From Eledone cirrhosa (lineage: Eukaryota), in assembly GCA_964016885.1 (NCBI GenBank), contig OZ024740.1, forward strand, positions 436,480,001-436,544,000: a stretch of DNA of 64,000 nucleotides. Direction: 5' to 3'. A program made the translations under genes and the position numbers. This document shows positions 25,886-35,707 of this stretch, piece after piece. A model generated the notes under the pieces. It was not told the DNA's origin and searched no databases. It saw only the letters and a list, made by a program, of their open reading frames with translations. Positions within the stretch are counted from its first letter, which is position 1; the number at the start of each line of letters is the position of its first letter.

Positions 25886-28127
25886 CTCCTTGAGTCTCAG
25901 TCATTGATGTTAGTTAACTGGAAAGTTTGTTGGAATGAATATCAAGCCACTACCTGCAGCCTCAGATATTCAGGACGTATCGGAGGGTTCTTGCTGTTCC
26001 CAGCAAGCCTGCCTTTTGAAGCGTTCCAAAAAGCGTGAAGGGGCCGATTTTCTTTAACCATCCCTGGAAACTTTGGGAGAGGGTCCCCAGTGCGCCTATG
26101 ACAATCGGGATCACTTTGACATCATGGCAGTTCCAAATCCTTTTTACCTCCCACTTTAAGTCCTGGTATCGGTTAATTTTCTCCCTCTCCTTCTCTTGCA
26201 CTCTCGTGTCGAATGGGCAGGCCACATCCACAATCAGGCACGATCTTTTTTCTTTGTCCACAACCACCTGGTTAGGTCTATTGTGTTCCAGTTTCTTGTC
26301 CGTCTGTATCCTAAAATCCCACAGTACCTTCACCTGATCGTTCTCTATCACCGACTCTGGCTTATGCTCATACCATTTCTCAGAATGTGGTAAATTGTTT
26401 ACTTTGCACAGGTGCCAGTGGATCACCCTGCCCATCACATCATGTCTCCAGCCCTTATAGTGGGTCTGGGCTAGGTGTTTACACTCGGACACAATGTGAG
26501 CCACAGTCTCCTCTCTCTCTCCACAGATCCTGCACAGTGGGCTAGGCTACTCCTTGTAAATATGGTGTTTCAACCACTTCGTTTTGAGGGCCTGCTCTTG
26601 CGCAGCCATTAACATTCCTTCTGTAGCCTTTTTAAGGTCCCCTCTTTTCAACCAGTTCCATGTCTGTGGATCTCTAAATTAAGTTTTCTCAAAAAGGTAC
26701 TATGAAGGGATTTTTCCTGAAGGCTGCTCTTTCTCCTTGATGTTATTTCCTCCTTGGATATCCCCTGGCCTATTGTCCCCTCCTTCAGTACAGTTCTGAG
26801 CATTGGCTCCTTACTATCAGTCACGTATTTGTGTAGGTTGTTTTTCTCCATCTGAACACAGTCCTCTATGCTGATAAGACCTCTTCCACCTTCAGATCTC
26901 CTTAAGTAGAGTCTATCGACATCACTCCTCTTGTGGAACATGTTGTAGATAATCAATAGCTTCCTAGTCTTCCTATCCATTTCTTTTTGTTCAGCAACAT
27001 TCCATCTCAGAATTCCCGCACTGTACCTAATAATAGATACAGCTCGGGAATTTACTGCGCTTATGGCATTTCTGCTGTTCAGATGTGACTTCAATACGCT
27101 CCTTACTCTCCGAATGTATTCAGTTCTTAACAATTCCTTCATTTTTTTGTTCTTTATGCCATCAGCCTCCAGAACGCCCAAATACTTGTATCCTTCCTCA
27201 GAGTCAATTTCCTTTATCATCTCACCTGTTGGTATCTGGATTTCGTTACTTCTGCTCAACCTACCCCTCCTCATCACCATGACTCCACACTTACTAATAC
27301 CAAATTGCATACATATATGACTGCTGAAAATACGGACAGTGTCAACAAGCACATCCAACTCCTTCTCACTCTTCCCGAAGAGCTTAAGATCGTCAATGAA
27401 GAGGAGGTGATTGATGGTAAGCCCTCCCTTTCCCAACCTGTATCCTGCTCTCACTTTTCGCAGTACACTGGTCAGGGGCATCAGGGCAAGGACAAACAAC
27501 AGAGGGGACAGGCTATCTCCCTGGAAGATACCTCTCTTGATCTTCACGCTTCCCAAGGATTCTCCAGTTATGTCAACTCTGTTTCCCAGCACCTCATACC
27601 TTTGCCCAACAACTGTCTGATGTTATCTGCCAGCTTGAAGATCTCCAGGCTTTTGGTGATCCAAGAATGAGGCACCATGTCAAATGCCTTTCTGTAGTCT
27701 ATCCATCCCATGGCAAGATCAGTGTGTCTCCTCTTGCAATTCCCCATTACCATCTTATCAATAAGTAACTGGTCCTTTGTACCACGTGACTTCTTTCGGC
27801 ATCCTTTCTGTTCGTCCGGTAACAAGTTGTTTGTGTGGAGGTGATGGTAGATTTCCTCAGACATAATGCTTGTCAACAGTTTCCACATTACGGACAGACA
27901 TGTGATAGGTCTATAGTTGATAACATCATTACCCTTGATTCGGTCTTTCATTATCAGAACTGTGGTACCCTTTGTCAACCACTCTGGTACCTCACCTGAC
28001 ATCAAGCAGTCATTGAACATGGTTGTCAGTTTCGGGTGGAGGGATGTTATGCTTTTAATCCAATACCCCTGCACACCATCTGGGCCAGGTGATTTCCAGT
28101 TGGTTAGTTTTTTGGCCTGCCCCTTAA
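25886..28127 (-). mobile_element. R4/Dong family A, 5'-truncated, frameshifted (copy A3)
   Basis: ORFs 27568-28170, 26648-27592 and 25962-26504 cover RT through RLE. (ATT)n flanks. Confidence 0.93.
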
Positions 28128-28146
28128 TTATTATTATTATTATTAT

Positions 28147-28836
28147 TGTTATTCCTTGAATCTCAGTCATTGATGTTGGTTAACTGGAAAGTCCGTTGGA
28201 TTGAATATCAAGCCACTACCTGCAGCCTCAGATATTCAGGACGTATCGGAGGGTTCTTGCTGTTCCAAGCAAGCATGCCTTTTGAAGCGTTCCAAAAAGC
28301 GTGAGGGGGCCGATTTTCTTTAACCATCCCTGGAAACTTTTGGAGATAGTCCCCAGTGCGCCTATGACAATCGGGATCACTTTGACTTCATGGCAGTTCC
28401 AAATCCTTTTCACCTCCCACTTTAGGTCCTGGTATCGGTTAATTTTCTCCCTCTCCTTCTCTTGCACTCTCGTGTCGAACGGGCAGGCCACATCCACAAT
28501 CAGGCACGATCTTTTTTCTTTGTCCACAACCACCAGGTCAGGTCTATTGTGTTCCAGTTTTTTGTCCGTCTGTATCCTAAAATCCCACAGCACCTTCACC
28601 TGATTGTTCTCCATCACCGCCTCTGGCCTATGCTCATACCATTTCTCAGAATGTGGTAGATTGTTTACTTTGCACAGGTGCCAGTGGATCACCCTGCCCA
28701 TCACATCGTGTCTCCAGCCCTTATAGTGGGTCTGGGCTAGGTGTTTACACTCGGACACAATGTGAGCCACAGTCTCCTCTCTCTCTCCACAGATCCTGCA
28801 CAGTGGGCTGGCCTCCTCCTTGTAGATATGGTGCTT
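28147..28836 (-). mobile_element. R4/Dong family A, 3' fragment (copy A4)
   Basis: ORF 28228-28851 encodes the CCHC and RLE domain. (ATT)n flanks. Confidence 0.92.
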
Positions 28837-28846
28837 TATTATTATT

Positions 28847-29390
28847 TGCATTTATCTTGCTTTATGTTTATACGAGTTATCACCAAGTCACAACCAGTGA
28901 CCTCAAGAGACAACAAGGTCCGCCATGTTCAAGAAAGAACATACATATTCACACATGCATCCTTAGTGTTTAGACTTGTGATGTACTTATATTGACAGGA
29001 TCTTCCTTAGTATATGGGCAGTTCCCATTAGTACTATCTTTTGTATTTCTCCTATACGCGGGTTTCCTGGGATTTGCGATAAGTAGTCGTTAGACCCCTT
29101 AGGTATCATTCCCAGAGCGCCTACAACCACTGGTATTGTTTTAGTTCTCAATTTCCACATTTTTCCAATTTCTATCTCCAGGTCCTTATACTTGCTCAAT
29201 TTTTCAAATGTTTTTATAGATACATTCTTGTCTATTGGAGCAGACATATCAATTAGCAGGCATACCCTCTTTTGAAAGTCCTTCAATATTATATCAGGTC
29301 TATTTGCATCTATTTTTCGGTCTGTTTGGATGCTAAAGTTCCACAAGATTGAGATGTGATCTTTTTCAAGTATGGGAGGTGGTTGATGCT
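28847..29390 (-). mobile_element. R4/Dong family B, 3' fragment (copy B1)
   Basis: ORF 28987-29427 (NRPDIIL..LLIDMS.P..K..KYKDL) and 3' UTR match 52172-52720. Confidence 0.92.
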
Positions 29391-29632
29391 TATTATTATT
29401 ATTATTATTATTATTATTGAATGCCATGGTTGACGGAGGCTCGGCTCTGTAAGGTATAGTAATTTTTAACCGTTAAAACAATTGTAAATTGTTTAAAACT
29501 TGAACCAAATTGTTGATAAAGACACCCTCCTCCTCGTGAGAGGGGTCTTTCTGTCCGTTATTTGGCCCTTCGGGGTTAAATAACCAGTTATTGGGGTTTT
29601 GTACCCAATATTCATTTAAAAAAAAAAACAAC

Positions 29633-31726
29633 ATGGCTACGAAAAAGAAATTTCATACCTCACTCCCACTCATTCCGTCTTCTTCTTCCTCAATCATCAC
29701 TACAGCAGAGAGAAGATTGTCTCTCTCCCTCCCTTCTTTAAATGTGTCTCTCTCCCTCCCTTCTCTTTCGCAAGTGACGAAAGAAAAGAAAAGTCTCGTG
29801 CAAAGTGTGCAAGGTTTCTCCACGACGACGACGACAGCGACGAAACAGGTGTGCGGGAAATACGAAAACCTAGTTCATTCGTCTGACGTCAGGAATAATA
29901 GCAGTAGCAGCCGTAATAACAACAGCAACAGTGACAATGAAAACAACAGTAGCAGCCGCAACAGCATCACCAGCAGCATAAACAACAACAGCATTAGCAG
30001 CAGCAACACCAACAACAACCACAGTAACAGCGGCGGAGGCAGTAGTCGTAGTACCTGCAGCAACAACAAAAGTACCAGCAGCTCTGACAACAACAACAGC
30101 AGAGAAAAACCAATCTCATTTGCAGGTATTGCGAAAAACTTGGAAACAATCCTCATAACAAATGAGGAATTAGAGGAAGCGAAGAAGATGGTGACAAAGA
30201 ACGGACACCGAGCAATCTGCAAGGCAGCGAAAAATTTTTTCGAAACCCAAGAGCACTGTACGGTCACGTACCGTACAGTAAGTACAAAATCCCGTAGGGT
30301 GGAAAGAGCCACCGAGGCCCAAATACAAAAAGCCTTGGGGTCTGTGTGGCAGAGGAAAACGCACATCACCCGAGGCAAAAAATACGCCACCGTAGACGTA
30401 CTTTTTGCCACACCCCAGGAGGCAAAGGCCCAATCAGTAGTGACCCTAAGGAGCGAGGAAATGGTGTTGGTGCCCTCCTACTGCGGGCAAAAAATTGTGA
30501 GGGTCAAACTGACCCACGTCCCCCCCGGAATGACCCCTTCTTGGCTGGCCGCGTCTGTCCTCGTCGGAATCGAGGACAAAACAACTGTACTGCAAGTACA
30601 GAAAAAAGTAAGAGAAGATTGGGTCGGCTCCTCCATTGAGATGCTAATCCAAACCAACCAGGAGTGCATCGAAGCTATCCCGGATGTGATAGACTTCGAT
30701 AACGGCACTCAACTGCCCATAAGTGTTGAGGGCAAACGCCCGAAATGCTTTCGCTGTGGATCGAAGACTCACCTCAGGGCCTTCTGCAACGAGAAGACCC
30801 TGAGAAAGGAGAAAACCCCCCTCCTTCTGAATCCGGCTCCACGGCTACCAGCAACAGGACAAGCGGCAACCAGGAACGATAGGTCCGTGGCACCCATACC
30901 CACTCCACGGAAATCAAAGACAGCAGCAGCAGTGGAAATATTAACAACAACAACAGCAATACCAAATGCAGCTGCAACAGAGACTCCAGTGCAAACATCA
31001 CCAACAACAACAAGTGAAAGAGTGGAGCTGGTACCCCTCCCCGACCTTACAGAATCAGACATGGAGTGTGAGGTGGGAGAGGGATGGCAAAAGGTCGCAA
31101 GAAGGCACAAACGCAGAAGCAGCGCATCGTCGCCTTTGAAAAGGGAGGAAAGAAATGAGAAAAGGGTAAAGTCTACTGCAAAGAGACCCACAGCAGCAAC
31201 ACCACCAACACCATCACCACCCACACCAGCACCACCATCACCACCGGCGACAACCCCACCGCCAACAACACCTTCAACACCACCACCACAAGCACCAACA
31301 TCGCAAACACAACAACAAAACACACACACCCAGCAACAACGACAAGAAAATAGCAGAACCACACCCCACCCCCAGAAAAACAAATGCACGGCAATAAACA
31401 CACACAACAAGAAACTAATGACTTACATAATTGAACACACAGACATTTCACAACAGGACTACATAATACCAGCACCAATCAAAACGCCAACTAACATAAG
31501 ACTGCTAAAAATAGCACAGAAACAATACACAAACATTAAAACGAAATTCCCCAACGCAGTTGGTGATTTCAGGGACCTAGGAGGAACCATCAATCGAAGA
31601 GTATATTCAGACATTCTCTTAGAAGAGCCGACGACCAGCCGAAGGGACGATTCAACGGTCCCTTCACCAGACGATCAAGTGAAAAGGGATGTAAAAACCA
31701 TCCCTCCTCTACCAAAAGTACGGTAA
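29633..31726 (+). CDS. Tx1 ORF1 (gag-like, CCHC zinc knuckle), 697 aa from ATG
   Basis: CFRCGSKTHLRAFC (CX2CX4HX4C), S/N-rich and P/T/Q-rich low-complexity tracts, EGWQKV.RR motif. Confidence 0.88.
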   Translation: MATKKKFHTSLPLIPSSSSSIITTAERRLSLSLPSLNVSLSLPSLSQVTKEKKSLVQSVQGFSTTTTTATKQVCGKYENLVHSSDVRNNSSSSRNNNSNSDNENNSSSRNSITSSINNNSISSSNTNNNHSNSGGGSSRSTCSNNKSTSSSDNNNSREKPISFAGIAKNLETILITNEELEEAKKMVTKNGHRAICKAAKNFFETQEHCTVTYRTVSTKSRRVERATEAQIQKALGSVWQRKTHITRGKKYATVDVLFATPQEAKAQSVVTLRSEEMVLVPSYCGQKIVRVKLTHVPPGMTPSWLAASVLVGIEDKTTVLQVQKKVREDWVGSSIEMLIQTNQECIEAIPDVIDFDNGTQLPISVEGKRPKCFRCGSKTHLRAFCNEKTLRKEKTPLLLNPAPRLPATGQAATRNDRSVAPIPTPRKSKTAAAVEILTTTTAIPNAAATETPVQTSPTTTSERVELVPLPDLTESDMECEVGEGWQKVARRHKRRSSASSPLKREERNEKRVKSTAKRPTAATPPTPSPPTPAPPSPPATTPPPTTPSTPPPQAPTSQTQQQNTHTQQQRQENSRTTPHPQKNKCTAINTHNKKLMTYIIEHTDISQQDYIIPAPIKTPTNIRLLKIAQKQYTNIKTKFPNAVGDFRDLGGTINRRVYSDILLEEPTTSRRDDSTVPSPDDQVKRDVKTIPPLPKVR

Positions 31727-31760
31727 GTGGTCTTTCCCATCTTTTCCACTCTATTTAAAC

Positions 31761-34700
31761 ATGACCTCACTCAGAATAGGCAGCATAAATGCGCGTGGCT
31801 TGGGGTCGTCATGGAAGCAGGGTCACCTGCTCAACGATCTCAGGTCACTAAACATAGATGTAGTGGCCATCAGCGAGACCAGAATCTCCGAAGCACGGGC
31901 CTTCGCACCGATCTTCGGCGGCTACGATGTGTACGCATCTCCCAGCCGTCCTGGATCGGGTGGAGGAGTTGCTGTGCTTTTTCGGAGAGGTTTGGATCTC
32001 GCCATACGGGCCATCTTCCTGGACCCAGAGGGTAAGCTGGTGGTGCTGGACGTGACCAGCGGAGACGGGCAAGCTTTCAGGCTAGTGGCCGTCTATGCCC
32101 CGACAGGAGCAGGGCGGCCTGATTTCTTCCGGCGTCTGGAGACCTTTCTTGGAACGTCCCGCTCTTTAGTGTTAGTGGGCGACTGGAACGGGATCTTAGA
32201 TGCACGCTGGGACTGTGTGGGATTAGCGGATAGGGGTGGAGGGTGCAAGAGCCTCACCAACCTGCTCAGGCGTTTTGAACTGTCTGACAGGTACCGATTG
32301 GATTTCCCGAATGTGCCAATGTGGACTTGGACAAACCGCATAGGGTCATCCAGATCATATCTAGATAGAGTATTTTGTAGGGAAATAGATAGGTCTAGCA
32401 TAGGCTGTCCACAATTCAAGATAGTCAGCTACACGGACCACAAATTCGTGACCTGTGTGCTTGACTTAGATAGGCTTCATAGACGAGGACCCGGCTACTG
32501 GAAGCGAAACGCGTCCTTACCAGCGCGCAAGGCCTACAGAGACCGGATTAGCGAACTAGTTAAGCGGGCGTTGACGGGGGCCATCGTCAACAACAAGTGG
32601 TGGTTTGCTCTGAAAAGAGCGATTAGAATAGAATCGATTAGGTTTAGTAAGGCTTTAGCAATAGAGAAAAATAGAGCAGAGGGAGAACTAGTTAGAAAAT
32701 TAGACGAGGCGCTTAGCAAAGGCATTGCGACCGACGTGCTTGCGGCGAAATTGGCCCTTGACCAATTCTTCAATGCAAAGCACGAAGGCTGCGTTGTCAG
32801 AGCTAGGGTGCGTGCTCTCAGACACGAGGGGACGAAAGCCGTTCAATGGGCCCGAGTGGCGGAGGCGCGTCGTGGCAACAAAGCCACGATCCGGTCTTTG
32901 GTGGACCACGACGGGCGCATGCTACTCGATCCCGGGCAAATGTGTGAAGCTTTTCAGCGACACTTCGCTCAGCTGTTCGGGGGCAGCGGGGGGCCGGGTA
33001 GAGGGATGGACTTTAGTGTCTACCTCGACGGGCTGCCGCGGCTCTCGGCCACTGAGGCGAGGTGTTGCGAAAAGCCGATAACAGCCGCTGAAGTACGGGA
33101 GGCAATGACTGGCTGCACAAGGGGTAAATCGCCTGGTTTGGATGGTCTGCCCTATGAACTTTACGTACAGATGCCAGACTTGTTCGGAGGCCTCTTGGCG
33201 GACGTCTACTGCAACTGGCAACAGAACGGGAGAATTCCCAGTTCTGTGAGCCGAGGAGCGGTGGCACTGCTGAGAAAGGATCCGAACAAGGGGGATAACA
33301 TAGACAATTTCCGGCCCATAACTCTGCTAAACACAGAGTTTAAGATTTTGGCCAAGGTGCTAGCAAAGAGGTTGGCGCTTGTCGTTGGTGGTCTGGTGGG
33401 AGAGGCGCAGACATGCGCCATTCCCGACAGATCCATCCACGACAACCTCCACCTCATGCGATACATCGTAGAGAGGGTAGCTAGGGAACCTGGCACGGGT
33501 GGGTCCTTGATCAATTTAGATCAGTCGAAAGCTTTCGATAGGGTCGACCATCGTTACCTAGCGGCAGTCCTGAGGGCGGCTGGCTTTGGGCCCGTCTTCA
33601 GAGGCTGGATCGCTGCCATGCACAGCGACATCTGCTCTGTGGTGAGAGTGAACGGTCACCTGTCGGAACCGTTCAACATCATGCGCTCGGTCCGCCAAGG
33701 ATGTCCCCTCTCGTCCCTCTTGTACGTATTGACTCTCGAGCCATTACTGCACAAACTGGAGACGTTGAGGGGAGTCCCGCGCGAACTAGGATGCGGAAGA
33801 TCCGTGTCAGCATATGCGGACGATGTCACCGTAGTGGTGTCGAACGCCAAACACATCGAGGCGATCGGCACTACACTAAGAGAATACGAAGCGGTGACAG
33901 GAGCAATGATCAACCAGGAAAAGTCAGTGGGCCTGCAGCTCGGCACCTGGAGAGGCAGGTCCATGCCGTCCAACAGCGTCGTCGGGCGCTGGACGGACGG
34001 ACCGGTTAAATTGCTAGGGGTCTGGTTCGGTCCGGACCTCCAGACGGACAAAAACTGGGACGAGGTGACGAGCAGGGTGGCTTCTCTCACCCAGAAATGG
34101 GCGGAGAGGAAGCTATCCCTGAAAGGTCGAGCGGAGGTGGCTAACGCGTACATCGCGTCTGTCATCTGCTACCGCCTAACCGTCGTACCTTGTCCTAAGC
34201 CTCGCCTGACTGCGCTGGAGCGTTTGCTCTTTCGCTTTTTGTGGAAGGGACGTGCTCCGATGGTCAGGCGGTCCATCTGTTGTCAACACCCGCTACGTGG
34301 AGGGCTGGGCATGCCGTGGCTGATGATGCGCAGGCACGCGCTCAGGCTACGACATCTCCACCTCTTCCTCGACGGTGATCAGGTGTGGTCGCCGTTTGCT
34401 AGACGCGTTTTTCCCCAGCTCGTTTCCTTGACGGAGCTGCAGTCCTGGGTCAAGCGAAGACCGAGAGGGAGCGCCTGGAGACTGGAATGTCTTCAGGCGC
34501 TCACAGCCCTCGACCAATCGGGCAATGTGATCGGTGGAAACTCCACCTCGGCGTTCTATAGAGGATTAGTGGAGGGGAAGAGCGACGACGTACTTGGGGA
34601 AACTCTAGGCGTCGACGAAAATCAACTAGCCAATCTCTTCGGAAGAACTTTCAGGCCGGGGCCTATGGACAACTTCCAGAAATCTCTGGCCTGGCAGTGC

Positions 34701-35180
34701 TACCGAGGAGCCTTGCCAGTTCGGGATAAACTCTACAGGCATGGAGGTGCCGTCAGCCGGGCATGTCCGAGATGCGCGCAGGGCGACGAAACCGTCCTGC
34801 ACGCACTCGTCCAGTGTCCGAAAATTGCTGACTTGTGGGTTTATGTCGAACACCTGCTGTCGCGTTTAGGACGGATCCAGCTATCATCTGAGTCCATCGT
34901 GAGGATTGCCCCGCCCTCCTCCTTTAGCCGGGAAGGGCAGGCAGTTTTTATCTGTCTGGTGGCCATGGCGAAAGAGATAGTATGGTGGACACGTTTGAAA
35001 GGGCTGAAGACGAGCACTTACCTCTTCGGTGATGCTCTGATTGACTTTTTCAAATTTCATTTGAAAAGGAAAATCAGAGTAGAGAAGGAAGTGCTCTCTT
35101 CCCAGCATTTTGTTGAAAGATGGGTGAGAGAAGCAAGAATGGCCCGAGTGAATGGGCCGACTCTGAGTATATATCTGTAA
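31761..35180 (+). CDS. Tx1 ORF2: APE endonuclease + RT + C-terminal CCHC, 1139 aa
   Basis: SINARG, SETR, GGGVA, VYAP, GDWN, YLDR, TDH; KSPGLDG, FRPITLLN, LDQSKAFD, RQGCPLS, YADD; CPRC...HALVQC. Confidence 0.95.
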   Translation: MTSLRIGSINARGLGSSWKQGHLLNDLRSLNIDVVAISETRISEARAFAPIFGGYDVYASPSRPGSGGGVAVLFRRGLDLAIRAIFLDPEGKLVVLDVTSGDGQAFRLVAVYAPTGAGRPDFFRRLETFLGTSRSLVLVGDWNGILDARWDCVGLADRGGGCKSLTNLLRRFELSDRYRLDFPNVPMWTWTNRIGSSRSYLDRVFCREIDRSSIGCPQFKIVSYTDHKFVTCVLDLDRLHRRGPGYWKRNASLPARKAYRDRISELVKRALTGAIVNNKWWFALKRAIRIESIRFSKALAIEKNRAEGELVRKLDEALSKGIATDVLAAKLALDQFFNAKHEGCVVRARVRALRHEGTKAVQWARVAEARRGNKATIRSLVDHDGRMLLDPGQMCEAFQRHFAQLFGGSGGPGRGMDFSVYLDGLPRLSATEARCCEKPITAAEVREAMTGCTRGKSPGLDGLPYELYVQMPDLFGGLLADVYCNWQQNGRIPSSVSRGAVALLRKDPNKGDNIDNFRPITLLNTEFKILAKVLAKRLALVVGGLVGEAQTCAIPDRSIHDNLHLMRYIVERVAREPGTGGSLINLDQSKAFDRVDHRYLAAVLRAAGFGPVFRGWIAAMHSDICSVVRVNGHLSEPFNIMRSVRQGCPLSSLLYVLTLEPLLHKLETLRGVPRELGCGRSVSAYADDVTVVVSNAKHIEAIGTTLREYEAVTGAMINQEKSVGLQLGTWRGRSMPSNSVVGRWTDGPVKLLGVWFGPDLQTDKNWDEVTSRVASLTQKWAERKLSLKGRAEVANAYIASVICYRLTVVPCPKPRLTALERLLFRFLWKGRAPMVRRSICCQHPLRGGLGMPWLMMRRHALRLRHLHLFLDGDQVWSPFARRVFPQLVSLTELQSWVKRRPRGSAWRLECLQALTALDQSGNVIGGNSTSAFYRGLVEGKSDDVLGETLGVDENQLANLFGRTFRPGPMDNFQKSLAWQCYRGALPVRDKLYRHGGAVSRACPRCAQGDETVLHALVQCPKIADLWVYVEHLLSRLGRIQLSSESIVRIAPPSSFSREGQAVFICLVAMAKEIVWWTRLKGLKTSTYLFGDALIDFFKFHLKRKIRVEKEVLSSQHFVERWVREARMARVNGPTLSIYL

Positions 35181-35707
35181 ACTAAAGGTGGAAAACTGGG
35201 AGAGGGCACTTGCCTTGGTGGTCAGGGTCATTGTGGCTTTTTACTGGGCTTTCTCCACAAATGTCCCTCCGAAGTCTCCCCCCTATTGGGGAATTTTTCA
35301 TTGTTATTTTCATTGTTATTTTTGTTACATCCTCTGTTTTTGTTTTTTTTTACACGCAGAAATGCCCATTTGTACCGTCCTGCATTGTCCTGCACTGTCC
35401 TTAATGTCTACTTTATGTAAACCCTTGTGGTTAATAAAGAAATCATTATTAATGGTGGTTGATGCTTATTATTATTATTATTATTATTATTATTGAATGC
35501 CATGGTTGACGGAGGCTCGGCTCTGTAAGGTATAGTAATTTTTAACCGTTAAAACAATTGTAAATTGTTTAAAACTTGAACCAAATTGTTGATAAAGACA
35601 CCCTCCTCCTCGTGAGAGGGGTCTTTCTGTCCGTTATTTGGCCCTTCGGGGTTAAATAACCAGTTATTGGGGTTTTGTACCCAATATTCATTTAAAAAAA
35701 AAACAAC

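Larger units (their letters stand above)
29419..35444 (+). mobile_element. Tx1/L1-clade LINE, full length, apparently intact (copy T2)
   Basis: 5' UTR, ORF1, ORF2, 3' UTR with AATAAA, and an ATT tail. Confidence 0.95.

Noticed and set aside
29517-29552. HDV-like ribozyme suggested by ctc-CTCCTCGT-gag in the Tx1 5' UTR
   Set aside because: It folds as a simple hairpin; no P1/P2 pseudoknot partners were found.
30769-31410. Antisense ORFs repeated in each Tx1 and Dong copy
   Set aside because: Shadows of low-complexity or GC-rich sense ORFs; the recurrence reflects copy identity only.
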